This document shows positions 1 through 13,405 of a stretch of 64,000 nucleotides of DNA, piece after piece. Source of the DNA: Octopus sinensis (taxonomy: Eukaryota); assembly GCF_006345805.1 (NCBI RefSeq), contig NC_043001.1, forward strand, positions 52,328,001-52,392,000. The letters are read 5' to 3'. A program made the translations under genes and the position numbers. The notes beneath the pieces are model-generated. The model was not told where the DNA came from. It saw only the letters and a list, made by a program, of their open reading frames with translations, and searched no databases. The stretch's first letter is position 1; each line of letters begins with the position of its first letter.

Positions 1-54
1 GTCGCGTGAATCTTCCCAATCTTACTTTACCTAATATAAAATAATGATACTTAC

Positions 55-118
<64 letters not shown>

Positions 119-166
119 GTATAAATAATGATACTTTATAAATATATACATATATAACTTATGTGT

Positions 167-462
167 GGAGGTGCAATGGCCCAGTGGTTAGGGCAGAGGA
201 CTCGCGGTCGGAGATGATCGTGGTTTCAATTCCCAGACCAGGCGTTGTGTGTGTTTATTGAGCGAAAAACACATAAAAGCTCCACGACGCTCCGGTAGGG
301 GGGGCGAGCCCTGTTGTACTCTTTCGCCACAACATTCTCTCACTCTCTGTTCCTGTTTCTTGAGTAACGATGCGATGGACTGGCGTCCCGTCCAGCTGGA
401 GAGAACATATACGCCACAGAAACCGGGAAACCGGGCCCACGAGCCTGATTAGGCTTCAAAAG
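167..462 (+). mobile_element. tRNA-derived SINE with CORE-like middle and V-domain-like 3' part
   Basis: A box TGGCCCAGTGG and B box GTTTCAATTCC, then TTGTGTGTGTTTATTGAGCGAAAAACAC (degenerate CORE) and TGCGATGGACTGGCGTCCCGTCCAG (V-SINE-like motif). A related decayed copy is at 33481-33720. Confidence 0.75.
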
Positions 463-672
463 GCCGTCGTTTATCGTTATCGATATAAATTATGCAAGTC
501 AAAATCACCTAAGGAATACGAGAACCAATAAAATTCCAGTTCAACTACGTTAACATTTCTGCGAAAAGGTATATTTATATCTTTTAGATTCCTTATACAT
601 ATAAATACATAAATACACAGAATAAATTTATTCCCAACATATATTTAAAACTTTGTTTTAATTACACAATTT

Positions 673-865
673 TCTTTTATTCTTTTATTTGTGTAAGCCA
701 TTCGACTGCGGCCATACTGGAGCACCGCCTTTAGTCGAACAATTCGTCCCCAGGACTTCCACTTTGAAAACTAGTACTCATTTCATCGGTCTCTTTTGCT
801 GAACCGCTAAGTTACGGGAACGTAAACACACCAACATCGGTTGACAGACAATGGTGGGAGACTAA
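673..865 (-). mobile_element. 3' half of octopus OK/OR-type CORE SINE
   Basis: Reverse complement of the tail of the full copies at 47217-47612 and 44908-45215 (GACTGCGGCCATACTGGAGCACCGCCTTTAGTCGA ... GAACCGCTAAGTTACGGG). The tRNA head is missing. Confidence 0.85.
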
Positions 866-887
866 CACACACACACACACACACACA

Positions 888-951
<64 letters not shown>
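865..951. repeat. (CA)n-(TA)n compound microsatellite
   Basis: Read directly from the sequence. Confidence 0.95.
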
Positions 952-956
<5 letters not shown>

Positions 957-1149
957 TAAATTCTCATGAAGATAGTTTCTATATAAGCACATACAAACAT
1001 ACATACACATATAGATAAACGCACAACTATATATATATATGTATATATAGTTCAGTAAAAGTTAGATTCAGATGAAGATGGTACTTAAGTTAAATGTACC
1101 AGAATTAGTATGGTATTATCCATATAATTCTAAATGGGGTTATTATTTG

Positions 1150-1208
<59 letters not shown>

Positions 1209-1829
1209 GTGTGTGTGTGTGTGCGTGTGTGTTTAAAGTAAGTATCGTTATTTATATTCAGGTTAGTGGATTCATAGAAACTTTATAGGGGAGACAATTT
1301 AGATAAAGAAAGATTGAGAAGATTTATGCGACAGATAATGCGACAGCTAACGCATACCAATTTAAATTAAAAGTAGATCTCCATTTATGAACACACACAC
1401 ACTCACACACAAGCACACACACACTCACAGATACACAAGCACACGCACAGATAAAGAATTACTGCTTAGATTTTAGTGTATGTTTTAACAAAACAAGTTT
1501 TAAAGGAGATGGAAAATTACCTTTTGCTGAACAGTTTATACTGTCATCAGCTTTTCAAAGTTTAAAGTAACATATTTATGTTTTTACCAAAACAGTTTAC
1601 TCAAACCGAGTCGACTCAGTTTCTTTATGTTATTGATTTTATTATAGTCACTGCTTTTCGTTGAGTGTTCTATCAATTCAAATTCAACGAAATGCTGCAG
1701 GAAAACCTATCTTAAGTTTAGTCTTAAATTTCTAATTCAAATTACTTCAATCAACATACATATTCAAATGTATGCACACACACATGACATTTTGGTGTTA
1801 TTGCTGCTTTAATATTGGATTTATGCCAT

Positions 1830-2705
1830 TTCAGTTTCAGAAAATAATAATGACAGGCATTCGGCTTACTCAAGAAATGAAGAAGCATGCTGTAGTTGTG
1901 GCCATAAAGGCTGAGCATACCTATTTGCAAAAGATATCCTTGTGTCAGAAGGAACAATCAGAAATTTTTTCTAAGAAGACATCCGGTACAAGTCTAACCA
2001 GTTGAGGAGAGGTGTATTCATGTAAGAAAAACTAAGGAAAATCCTTTGATCAGATTTATAAGTTAAAATCTAGAATATGACATGATTGGTTTTTCCTATA
2101 TGAGAAAAATTTTTAGATGTTTATGTTCAGATCCTTCAGAAGTTCTGACAGTCACGCACACAAAGTTTCCTGAAACTGTCATAGCTTTTCAGTAGTCAGT
2201 TATGAAGGACATGTGATGCCCCCTCATTTATCCCAGAAATCCACAGAGTTAACTACTGGCCTCATTCAGGTCCTGGAAACAATTGCCAGGCCCTGGAAAG
2301 ACACAGTGCGCAATAAAAGGCCTTACGTGTTTCAGCAGTACTCCGCGCCATCACATAAGCCTCAAGGAACCCAAGAATGGATGCCTCATAATTTACATGA
2401 CCACATAACTCTTAACATGTGGCCTCCAAACTCGCCAGGTCTCAATCCATTGAACAACTATATGTGGAAACAGCATCGTCAAAGTTACGTGAGATATGTA
2501 CCAAATCCATTTATGTCAGGTATGGAGATGACTCAAATTTTGCATAGAAGCAGTCAATGATGCTGAAGGTAGCTACGTTGAATGAGATTATAAGGAATAG
2601 AATCTAGTTTATACATTCACATTTTTTTCATTGACAAAATTGTTTCCTCTTGTATGTGTTTTTCTAAAAAAAACAAATTTGTCCTCAAATACCTACAGCA
2701 CCCTG
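1830..2705 (+). mobile_element. Decayed Tc1/mariner DD37D (maT-type) transposon, 5' truncated and internally deleted
   Basis: N-terminal fragment MTGIRLTQEMKKHAVVVAIKAEH and catalytic fragment YVFQQYSAPSHK...WPPNSPGLNPLNNYMW, with 37 residues between the second and third catalytic positions (both mutated). The 3' end is CAGCACCCTG followed by TA. Confidence 0.85.
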
Positions 2706-4234
2706 TATACATAAATACATACTTACATACATACATACATACATACATACATGCATGCATACATACATACGCACGTGTGTGTGTGTGTGTGCGTGCGCTC
2801 ATGTGTGTGTATATGTATGTCGATTGCTACGTCTTCACAGATAATTACCCACTCTGTGCTTTCTCGTTATCTATGCAATTTGTTGTACTTGCTATCCCAT
2901 GATCTCCCAGATGACTACTGTGTCTCACGGCAGACTTTTTTGTTTCGAAGAGTAAGTGATGGACGAATGTTATAACATCCACTGGATTGGTCGGGTCATT
3001 TTGCGGTATGTGATCTTTTTTGTATTACACCAGCATGTTGTATTACACTTACATGTTGACAACGATGCATTTCAAAATCATTAACAAAAGTTTATTTGTG
3101 TTTGTCTTCAATCGAAGCACCTAAAGATAAATTTTACCATTGATATCACCTTGTAAACGTTTGCCTTAATATCAACGACTAGAAGATCTTTACTTAATAC
3201 AGCCAAGTATGTGTAATAATTAACGCTTAATCCACTAATATTTGGATAGTATTTGCGAATAAACTCTATGTACTGTTTGCTACTGTCACATCGTTGAGTC
3301 GCTACACTGTTAGAATATGAAGACATAGCATATTCGTATTCATATAGGACATGTTATATGACCATAAAATGTTATACTTAAAACTAGTGTTATATATTAA
3401 AGCAAACATATAACTTGAATTAAAGGAAACATAAATGTTTAAATGTTGAGCTGTCGAATACATCTGTATCCATTAACAGAAGCAATATAACTCCCTTAGC
3501 TGATGTCCAACTTTTTGATGTTTCAATAATACCAGCTGCGCGCGTGAGCTTCGTTGCGAATATGGTGGCGTCATGTCTCCCTAACACCTCAAATTGTATT
3601 TTATTGAATATCCTTATATTAGATTTATGATATATCTAATCTAGTGCAAATATAATATGACAGTAGAATTACTATAAAACGACATAAATTTGGAAAATAT
3701 AAATTCATGATCTGAAGGTCATTATAAAACATCTGCCTATATTCAATAGTACATAAAAAGCGAAGGCAAAACAAAGTTATTTAAATCTTGCTGAACTTGC
3801 AAATAACAAAGAAGTATTTAGAAGAAATACATTATTTAATCTATTGTCATGCTGCTGCTGCAACTAATGCTGACGATGCTTACTTTTATCTGTATGAATG
3901 GGAATGAATCCTGACGATGTGTGCATCCTTTATCAAACTTAATGAAGAGAAATTGTTTTCCACAAATACAACGAAAATAAGTAAGCGAGGCAACAGCGCC
4001 ATCAAAACTTACGGGTGTATTTGAATATGAGAAAAAATTCAGAGACAAAATCTGTTGACGTCAATTATAAGGATGGGCCAGTCATCTAAAGCTAGGAACA
4101 GATGAATATTACAAACTATTAAAAAGACTTTGGGGGTAACGAGGGGAGAAAGTCTTACCAATAAATCAAAAACAAAAAGCAAACAAAAGCACCATCATGA
4201 GAGTGTACGCACCCTGCGCATATATATACACACT

Positions 4235-4295
<61 letters not shown>

Positions 4296-4443
4296 GGAAG
4301 TGTTGAGGCCACTGATGATTTAAACTAGTAGGTACGCTGTGCGGGTGCTGTAATTGGTAAGCGCTAGGATCCAAGTTCACAACGGAGGCTGTAGCCAAGG
4401 ATTCGACACATATACACATATATAGACACACACATATATATTA

Positions 4444-4926
<483 letters not shown>

Positions 4927-5339
4927 ATATATATGTGTGTGTGTGTGTATATGTGTGTGTATGTGTGTGTGTGAGTATGTGTGTGTGTGTGTGTGTGTGG
5001 TGTGTGTGTGTGCATTTAAATGTTTCCAGTGTCGGTATTTATGTTTGTGTTGTATTCAATATGGATTTGTTAGGATTAACCAGCATCCTATTTCTTCCGT
5101 CTTGTTCGTTCTGATAAAGAAACTTGAAAAATAGTTGGCATTTCTGCAAGACTAACAAGTGTAGTCGAATCTTTCAGATTTTTGTCATTTTTTGTGTGAT
5201 AGGTAAACTGTCAGCATTTTATAGTTCTAATGTTGCACATGCGCATTGTGTGTTTCTGATTTTGTCGACTGCACAGTATAGTAGGTTCAGTTGGGTACCG
5301 TTTGTGAGAAAAACAGCACAATAACGCATCTCACTCTGG

Positions 5340-6086
5340 CAAATATTTGGAAACGACATACTGTACTGCTTTACATTCGTGCCGAGAACTCCAATACGAA
5401 CATGTGGTGAACGCACAGAACAACCGTTGGCTTGCCGTGTCCACAAAACATGTACCGAGAATGATAAAAATCAAATATCCAGTCAACATGATGGTGTTTG
5501 GAGTGATCATTAGTGAAGGCGACGTTATGCCTCCATTAAACTTCCCAAACGACCTCGCAATCAACACGGAGACCTACATCAAGTGCCTGGGAGAGGTAGT
5601 GCTGCCCTGGGTCAAGAGGGTGACGACTGGAGGAACTTGTCTTTGCCAAAAGGACTCTTTACCATGCCATTCAAGCAGGAAGACCTGGTCACGGCTGTCA
5701 GGAAATTTCTGCGACTACTTCACCCCTAACACCTAGACACTTGACTCTCCAGATTGCAACCACCTTGATTAGTATGTGTGGAACGCAGCTGAGCGAGAGA
5801 CCAAGAAAAGCCCTCGTAACACCAAAGATGAACTGAAGGCTAGGATTATGGCAGTTTTCAACGATTTAAGTAAGGAGACCGTCCAGAAGAGTCGCAGGAG
5901 ATTCCGAAGTCGTCTGGAGGCCTCGATTGAAGCCAATGGCGATTTTGCTGATTAGATTTACTCTTCAGTATTTCAAGATATTTTTATGTAATTTTTGTAA
6001 ATACATCTGTTAAAATGAGATGTCAGGGCTATTTTGATTTTTGCGTAATTGAGACGACAATATAGTCATATATTCTCAGCACCCTA
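5340..6086 (+). mobile_element. Decayed Tc1/mariner DD37D (maT-type) transposase 3' half and right end
   Basis: ORF 5347-5736 contains NAQNNRWLA, MVFGVIISEGDVMPP, YIKCLGEVVLPW and QKDSLPCH. It continues past a stop as DSPDCNHLD (D-37-D spacing) ... RFRSRLEASIEANGDF. The right end is CAGCACCCTA followed by TA. Confidence 0.9.
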
Positions 6087-6161
6087 TATATACCACGTGC
6101 CGAAAGATTAAAGGAGATTTTGAATTCAAAAGAATTTCAAAACAAAGTGTTAAGTGACATA

Positions 6162-6719
6162 ACTGAAAAAAATTAAGCAGCATTTGAGAGTAGATATGGT
6201 TTTGTGTTTAACATGTTCCTTTCGTAATTCCCCTATTTTGTTCAAGCCAACGGCCTTAAAATTTAGATGTGGTCTACCGCCACCTACGACTGGCCAAAGC
6301 TTTCAGATTAAAATTCAGCAGTCGAAATTAAAGTTTGCAATAGATCTTGGGAGAAAATGCTGCAACTCCTGTTTGTTGATGTCAGGAAGAGACCAGCCAT
6401 ACACTCCCCTCTGGCATCTAAATACCATTTGTGTAGTCCGTGCTTTCTTATGGGTCATGGTCCCCTCAAGACGGTAGGTACTCCCTACGAGTCCAGGAGG
6501 CTCTGAGAAATTTAAGGCTGTCGCACGTTCCCCCAGTGGCTAAACATAAATACACACACAGAGCTATACAAGTACGTATGTATATATGTTTGTATATATA
6601 CATACACACACACACACATTTATATATACATGTATGTGTGTGTGTGCGTATGTAGAGGAAAAAAAGGAAAGGTAAGGAGATAAGCAGATATATACATGTA
6701 TATATGTATGTGTACGCAT

Positions 6720-6756
<37 letters not shown>

Positions 6757-7218
6757 GTGTGTGTGTGTGTACACACAGGCATACACAGACATATATACAA
6801 GCATACATACTTATATAGATGTGTGTGTATTTTTTTGCCAGTGGGGGAGCACGTGGCAGCCTTAAATTTCTCAGAGTTTCCTGGACTCGTAAGGGGTACC
6901 TGCTGTCTTGAAGGGAACATGGCTCATAAGTGTAAGAAAGGACGAACTACACAAATGGTATTGATATATCAGAAGGGAGTATAGGACCGGTCTCTTCCTA
7001 ACATCAACAAACAGGAATGGCAACATTTTCTCCCAAGTTCTATTGCAAACTTTCGGCTGCTAAATTTTACTCTAAAAGCTTAAGTCAGTCGTAGGCGGCG
7101 GTAGACCTAATCCAAAGTTTCAGGCCGTTGGCTCGAGCAAAATAGGGGAATTTGAAAGGAACATATTAAACACAAAACCATATCTACACTCAAATGCTGC
7201 TTAATTTTTTTTGTGGTG
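6162..7218. mobile_element. Foldback/MITE-like palindromic element with ~400-460 bp inverted arms, probably TA-flanked
   Basis: 6166-6558 aligns by eye at roughly 80% with the reverse complement of 6820-7212 (for example AAAAAAATTAAGCAGCATTTGAGAGTAGATATGG and CCATATCTACACTCAAATGCTGCTTAATTTTTT). TA is present at 6160-6161 and 7219-7220. Confidence 0.85.
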
Positions 7219-7763
7219 TAGAGTTAATCTGCGTGAATATACAAATCTTGGATTTACGTCATTTTCATCTAGTTTGGCGTTATATATTGACTTGTCAGTT
7301 CAAGTTCTTCTCGGTAAGAGTGCGAAAAAAAAAGTTGCACAAATCATTTCATGGCTGGTTGGTCAGTGACAAACTGGAAAATATATCCAATTTACTGGGT
7401 AAGACAGCTACGTGGTAACCAGAAGGGATAAATTTAAAACCTGTCAAATAACGAGAATTTGATAACTTTAGCATATGGATACATTATTGATTACTTGATT
7501 AGACACAAAACCTCAGGTGAAATGGATGAATATATACTATTAGATAAAACTGGTTTATACTAAAACTGCACTTATCGAAAAACATTCTCGACGAGGATTC
7601 GATCTGGACTCAGAAGATGAAACCTATAATATATTTCGTCAAATGTTAATTCTGCAAGTCCACATCATGCATAATATAGAATATATATTTACTACATATT
7701 ATTATATAATATGTAGTATTTCAATATATATTATACAGTATGTATTTCTTACATATTATTGTA

Positions 7764-8267
7764 TATTAATCCCTCGACTATCGCGGGTTTACGTTCCAAA
7801 ACCCCTGCGATAGGTGAAAATCCGCGAAGTATAAACAGCACTGTATTCTCTATTTTTTTTATTATTTTTATAATTTGCATATATCCACTTTGTTTTAAAT
7901 ACAAAACCACACCACACACACACACCATCCGAGTTTCGTTTTCCTACAGTATGCACGATTCTTTGTTTATTCATCTATGGTACATTACGCATTTTCTTTT
8001 TACATGCTTTGATTAAAGTGTTATATAGTGTAGTAAAATACTGTATATCAATTTATTAATCTATTAATTTTTAGGCGTGAAAATGTGTATTTTAAAACAG
8101 GAATAATTAAAATCTAAAAAAAAGTAAAAACCTATCGACCTCAGAAACCCGCGATACACTAAGGAGTCTGCGATAGTCCACGATATGAATTTACATATAT
8201 TAGCCAGAAAAATCCACGATGTACTGAGGGCGCGAAAGGTGAATCGCGATATGGCGAGTGATTATTG
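7764..8267. mobile_element. Tigger/pogo-like MITE
   Basis: Imperfect TIRs TATTAATCCCTCGACTATCGCG and CGCGATATGGCGAGTGATTATTG, TA on both sides, and internal CGCGA-rich subterminal repeats. Confidence 0.75.
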
Positions 8268-8567
8268 TATTATACAATATATATCAATACATATTAAGCA
8301 TACTAATATAGGCACACTGCCAAAAGCTTGAATGAGTATTAGTTATTTAATTGAAAATTATAATCTGACAGGTAGTTTAATTCATTGATGTTTATACGCT
8401 GAGTTCAAATTCAGTCAAGTTCATCTGTGCACAACCTGTTTCCGAGGTCAATACAGTTCTAGTCAACAGAATTTGTAGCTGGGTCCTAATTAAATAAAAA
8501 AAAATCACGGAGATGTACTTGCATAGCAAGAGACCTGATTTGATATTGTGTGCTGAAACAAAAACAA

Positions 8568-8842
8568 TTGCAGTGTAGAAGGCGTTTATAAGCCATTTAA
8601 AAACACACAAAAACCGTTAGATTTACTTCAACAGTTAAATTTCATTTGCCAAAATATTTTCGACGCTTTGAGACCGCGACCTGTTCACTGACAAAATTCG
8701 TACTGCATACAGAATTTTGTCAGTGAACAGGTCGCGGTTTCAAAGCGATGAAAGTATTTGGACAAATTCAATTTAAATGTTGAAGTGAATCTTACGGTTT
8801 TGTGTGTTTTTAAATGGCTTATAATCATCTTCCACGCTGCAA
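8568..8842. repeat. ~275 bp hairpin palindrome (arms ~132 bp, loop ~12 nt)
   Basis: Core CCGCGACCTGTTCACTGACAAAATTC-gtactgcataca-GAATTTTGTCAGTGAACAGGTCGCGG is perfectly complementary. The arms extend imperfectly to TTGCAGTGTAGAAG and CTTCCACGCTGCAA. Confidence 0.9.
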
Positions 8843-9189
8843 AATCATCATTGTTGTTATAATGTATTGGAATACTGATTTTCTTTGACCTTGTATAATA
8901 CCAAGATTTGGTGTACATAGGATTTTATAGTCGATCGTAGACCTCAGTACACTAGAGCTACTCAAACACATATGCATGTATATCTGAACACAGAACAGTT
9001 CTGCATTTTCTATATGTATGTTAGAATGTACGTGTGGTTGTATGAAGGAATTAACTCTTGATGGGTGTGAACGCACGAAACTGTTGAACCTCGAATCACT
9101 ATGTTGCTTCCGCTCAATTCTAATTAAAAAAATATACTTATACCCATGTTTTGAGTTCTTATTTACCTGTTTGCATCACAAAATCCATA

Positions 9190-9319
9190 TATGTATATGT
9201 ATACATATATATATATATATATTTTTTTGTGTGTGTGTGTGCACGTCGTTATGTTGTTAATTTTAATGCTCATATTTTTATATGTGTATGTATGTATATA
9301 TATATATATATACACATAC

Positions 9320-9369
<50 letters not shown>

Positions 9370-9420
9370 CATATATATAAATACGTGTGTGGTTGTATGT
9401 GTATATATATATATTAATAT
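9190..9420. repeat. (TA)n/(TG)n low-complexity tract
   Basis: Read directly. It explains the YI-rich ORFs in the track. Confidence 0.9.
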
Positions 9421-10589
9421 GCGTGCAATCATGTGTGCATATATACATGTAAGCATGCATGTTTCTGTTTATGAAGACATTTTTATGTGCATGATCATGT
9501 GTTTGTAGCAACTGTTTATAAATGTGCAAGTCAGTATTACAGGAAACTTCATATTAGAATGCATTATGGAATCTCTTCCTTTAGTTAAGGATTTAGATTA
9601 CATGAAAGAAACCAGCCTGAAGCTAATTCTAGGATTTCTTATATTGTTTTGAAGATTAAAACTTACTGATGAGTTAAAAGCAACATTGCCTCTAAATCGA
9701 TACACAACTGTTCACATAATAACATGTTTTGTTCAGTGTAACAAGCAAATCAGACTTTGTTGAATATAAGTAGAATTCATGTCATACAATGTATGGCTTA
9801 AAATATATTACTTGAAAAATTTACAATAATTTTTTTAGGCGCAAAGGCTTTCTATTGAAAATTACATTAGTATCGTTATAACTTAGTGTCAATGTTAAAA
9901 TACGCATGTATGTATACATGTATATCTATATCTATCTGAAAGATATAGCAGTATACAAGCTTGTTTTCGCATTTTCTATATTTTTTCAATTTTATTGATC
10001 GTTGTCTGCATGCTAGTGTCTGTACATTTAGACTAAAATGAAAAAAAAATTAAAATATAATTTTAACTAAATCGATAAACGTGATTGTATAAGCTTGGAA
10101 ATTTGATTTCAGATTCCAATTTTATTTTAGTTATGTTCTTCAACATGCTTGTAGTACTTCCTTGCGTAATTTTGAATACTGATATTTCATGACTTGTATG
10201 AAATAGCTCTATCATCATTTGTGCAAATACAATAACACATAAATAGCTAATGATATTATACTTGTAATTTTCTTAACGATTACTAAATGAATAAAACTAA
10301 TATTTATGTAAACTAATATTGCCTTTACCTTAGATCAATTGTATCTTGCTAATTTTGAAACACTCCCTGCATTACATGTGCAGACTCCAAACCACAAACA
10401 GTAGATAATTCATATCTCATTCGTTTGACAAAGATTGCTAAAGAGACAAGAGTATTGTTACGCACCATGAGTCCATATGAACGGTCCTCTTTAGATAAAT
10501 CTCGCAATAACAATACACCAATGCTAAGCCTTTGATATTACTAATGCTTCTGTTGCTTTTATATATAGAAATAATTTAAAATTCACCTA

Positions 10590-10636
10590 TCAATATATCT
10601 ATCTATATATCTATCTATCTATCAATCTACATATAG

Positions 10637-10683
<47 letters not shown>

Positions 10684-10805
10684 TATATACATATATGCAT
10701 ATATATATACATTCATATATATAAATATATATATATATACACATACATATATATAATATACATATACATATACATATATACATATATGCAAGTGTATACA
10801 CACAT
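10590..10805. repeat. (TCTA)n/(TA)n/(TACA)n tract
   Basis: Read directly from the sequence. Confidence 0.9.
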
Positions 10806-13405
10806 ATAATTATAGTGTATTCTGTTAGAACGTATTAGAATACAGTAGAGCAGAATTCGATTTCACCCTGTACTATCCAGTAGTAGTATTTTACGTACTT
10901 CTGGGCTTGCGTTTGGGATTCTGTTATGTGTGAATAGATAATAGAACAGGGTTAGAGTCAACAAGAAGGAGTACGGTTGGCTATTTATTTTCAGTCTCTA
11001 CAACTGTTTCTTCTCAACGTAGTCCTCCAGGTGTGCAGGTACTTGATTATGCAACTGTTTCCCTGCATTATGAGATTTAGTCGTGTTTCCTCAGGTAATT
11101 GTAAATATTGTCTCCGTAAGATTTAATTCTATGCTCCAAGAGCATTCTCTCTATCTGACGTGGCCTGAACTTCGTGGCAGCCACTCTGAAGTTAGTAGTA
11201 GAAAACTTGCAATGATTGAAAATAAATGTTCAACTGTACTCCTTGCTGACTCTAAATTCTTTAAATTATACATATATTTATATATCACAAAGTTAAAATG
11301 TTACAGTATTAAAATATTAAATAGCTATTAATGTAAAGTTATAATCCTACTCACCTGGTGGCTTCAGCTATATTGGAAGTGAATATTGTTATTGAGGTTA
11401 TAACTTATCATTACCTGTTAGCGGATCTCTGATTCCTGCGGAGAAATGAAGGGGCAGCGCCCAGGAACTTTGCGGACCTTCCGATATCTGCATGTACTTG
11501 CTTTTAACGTTAGCTTTATACTGATGAAATCACTCTACAGAAGCTGAGAGGAGATTCCAGAAAGGCGTTAAATAGACTTAATCGAGTAAACTGTTCAATA
11601 CTCGGCTGACACATTATTTTATCTATCACAGTAGTATCACGTTGAGAACTGAGATTTTAAGGGAGAAGTAAGGAGACAAATTGAAGTTTACATTGTTCTT
11701 TTTCTAACATTCAAACGATTTGATAATCCAGTGCCTCAGATCTGGAAATAAATTGTAAAAAATAAACATGTCATATATAGGGCTACAAACTTTGACAAAC
11801 CAACTCATGTATACGGTAGATATTTATTACCTATCTCCTTTACGTTACAGCATGTTGTTCTAAACACCCGAATAAACACCAGGAATCCTGCACATTCAAA
11901 ACACCCTTGTGACATCTAGATGTAATTTCTTCTAAATATTTACTGATTTATAGCATTTCATGAAGCCGTTATTAATTAGTGAAGTGTACGTATTGCTGTG
12001 TTGATATTATAGAAGAAAACATATTCCATACCACTTTGCAACATATGAACATTTACGTTTTAGCAATATTCAGAGACGTCTTTTAATGTTATAAGTTTCA
12101 CTTGGTTCCTGCCCATAAACAGGTTTTGTTGGTGGATAGACTGCTAAAGAAAATATAATTTCGTGAAGATGTTTATTGATACCTTGCAATGTTTAATATA
12201 ATGGTCTCTGGAAAACATTGTATTAAACACTCTATAATTATTTTAACCATGGAGAACTGAACACATATACATTCAGAAATCATAGTAACCTTCTTACCAT
12301 GTACCCTAATTGATTATGACCCACGTAAGCTTTTTAGAAGCCGTTTAATCGTATCTATGTGTTTATGCTATTGCATTAGGGAGTAGAAATGATTAAATTA
12401 GTTTAGATATCGTGATTTGTACGAACAAGAAAGATAATTTGTTCTAGGCAATGCATATTTAACAATATCAAATGAAAGCATTTGCATTCGAAGTGCTCTA
12501 AATAAAATCACATGAATGATATGCATTCACTTCTCACATTTGTACAACCATACAGAACTTTAGATATATTTGCTGCTCGATTAATCTAGAAACTTCTAAT
12601 GCTTCATGATTATTTGTATATTCCACAGAGTCAAATAATGTTTTTAGAGACATTTTGATGAAAACATATCTGATCATATATTTTTTTATAATGGTCGACT
12701 GGTGTCGACCAGAATTTCAGATAATATGAAAGTATGGATGTATGCACATATAATATATGTGTGTATGTGTGTATGTATTTATATATGCGTGTATGTGTGT
12801 AATAGTTTTAATTCATTGAAAGTTTAAAAGAAGGCACCAGTTATTAAAAAAGAATGGAAGAACCACTGTTAGAATTTGAACGATAACAACGACTTTTTCG
12901 TTGAACTTGGTGTATATTTCAACTTTCTAAATTTAAGATGCATGTTAGCTGAGTATTTTATTGTTTGGAAACCTTGGCGTTTTGAGTTTTCCCATTTGGC
13001 AGTTTGTAAGAAAAGAAATTAAACAAATGTTTATCGGTAGAAATTTAACTTCTTGATATTTGTTGGAAAATTATTTGTTTTAAAGTAATTGACTGTAAGT
13101 GTCTTATTCAGTTTGAAATGATATTTTGAAACGCTATTTTGGAGTAGCTGCTTATCATATGAAGAAAGTCTTCCTCTGTATATGATATTCTTAAAGTTTC
13201 TCGCCACGATTTGTGGGTTTAAGTGTTTTATTCATTGTCTCTTTTCCTCACCAGTTGTTTTGTAAAACTCTCATGCAAGAGGGACACGCTAGAGGAATTT
13301 TTTCATGGTTGGTAGAAAGTTGGTTAATGTCTTCGTTTTTGATTCGTATTTGTCTTAAGCTGATGATTTTGTGAAAAAGATATTAGATTACTGTATGTAT
13401 GTATG

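Noticed and set aside
3053-3326. Minus-strand ORF 3108-3326 and an adjacent exon-like segment (about 3053-3120) with good splice signals
   Set aside because: No recognisable homology, and joining them would need an implausible 29-nt intron.
3849-3914. Signal-peptide-like MLLLQLMLTMLTFICMNG
   Set aside because: It ends in a stop after 21 codons with no usable donor site. It is produced by a short GCT repeat.
11355-11500. GC-richer patch with two minus-strand donor-like sites, and a 15-mer (ACCTTCCGATATCTG) shared with about 32637
   Set aside because: The implied intron is under 50 nt and no frame is recognisable. A 15-mer match is expected by chance in 64 kb.
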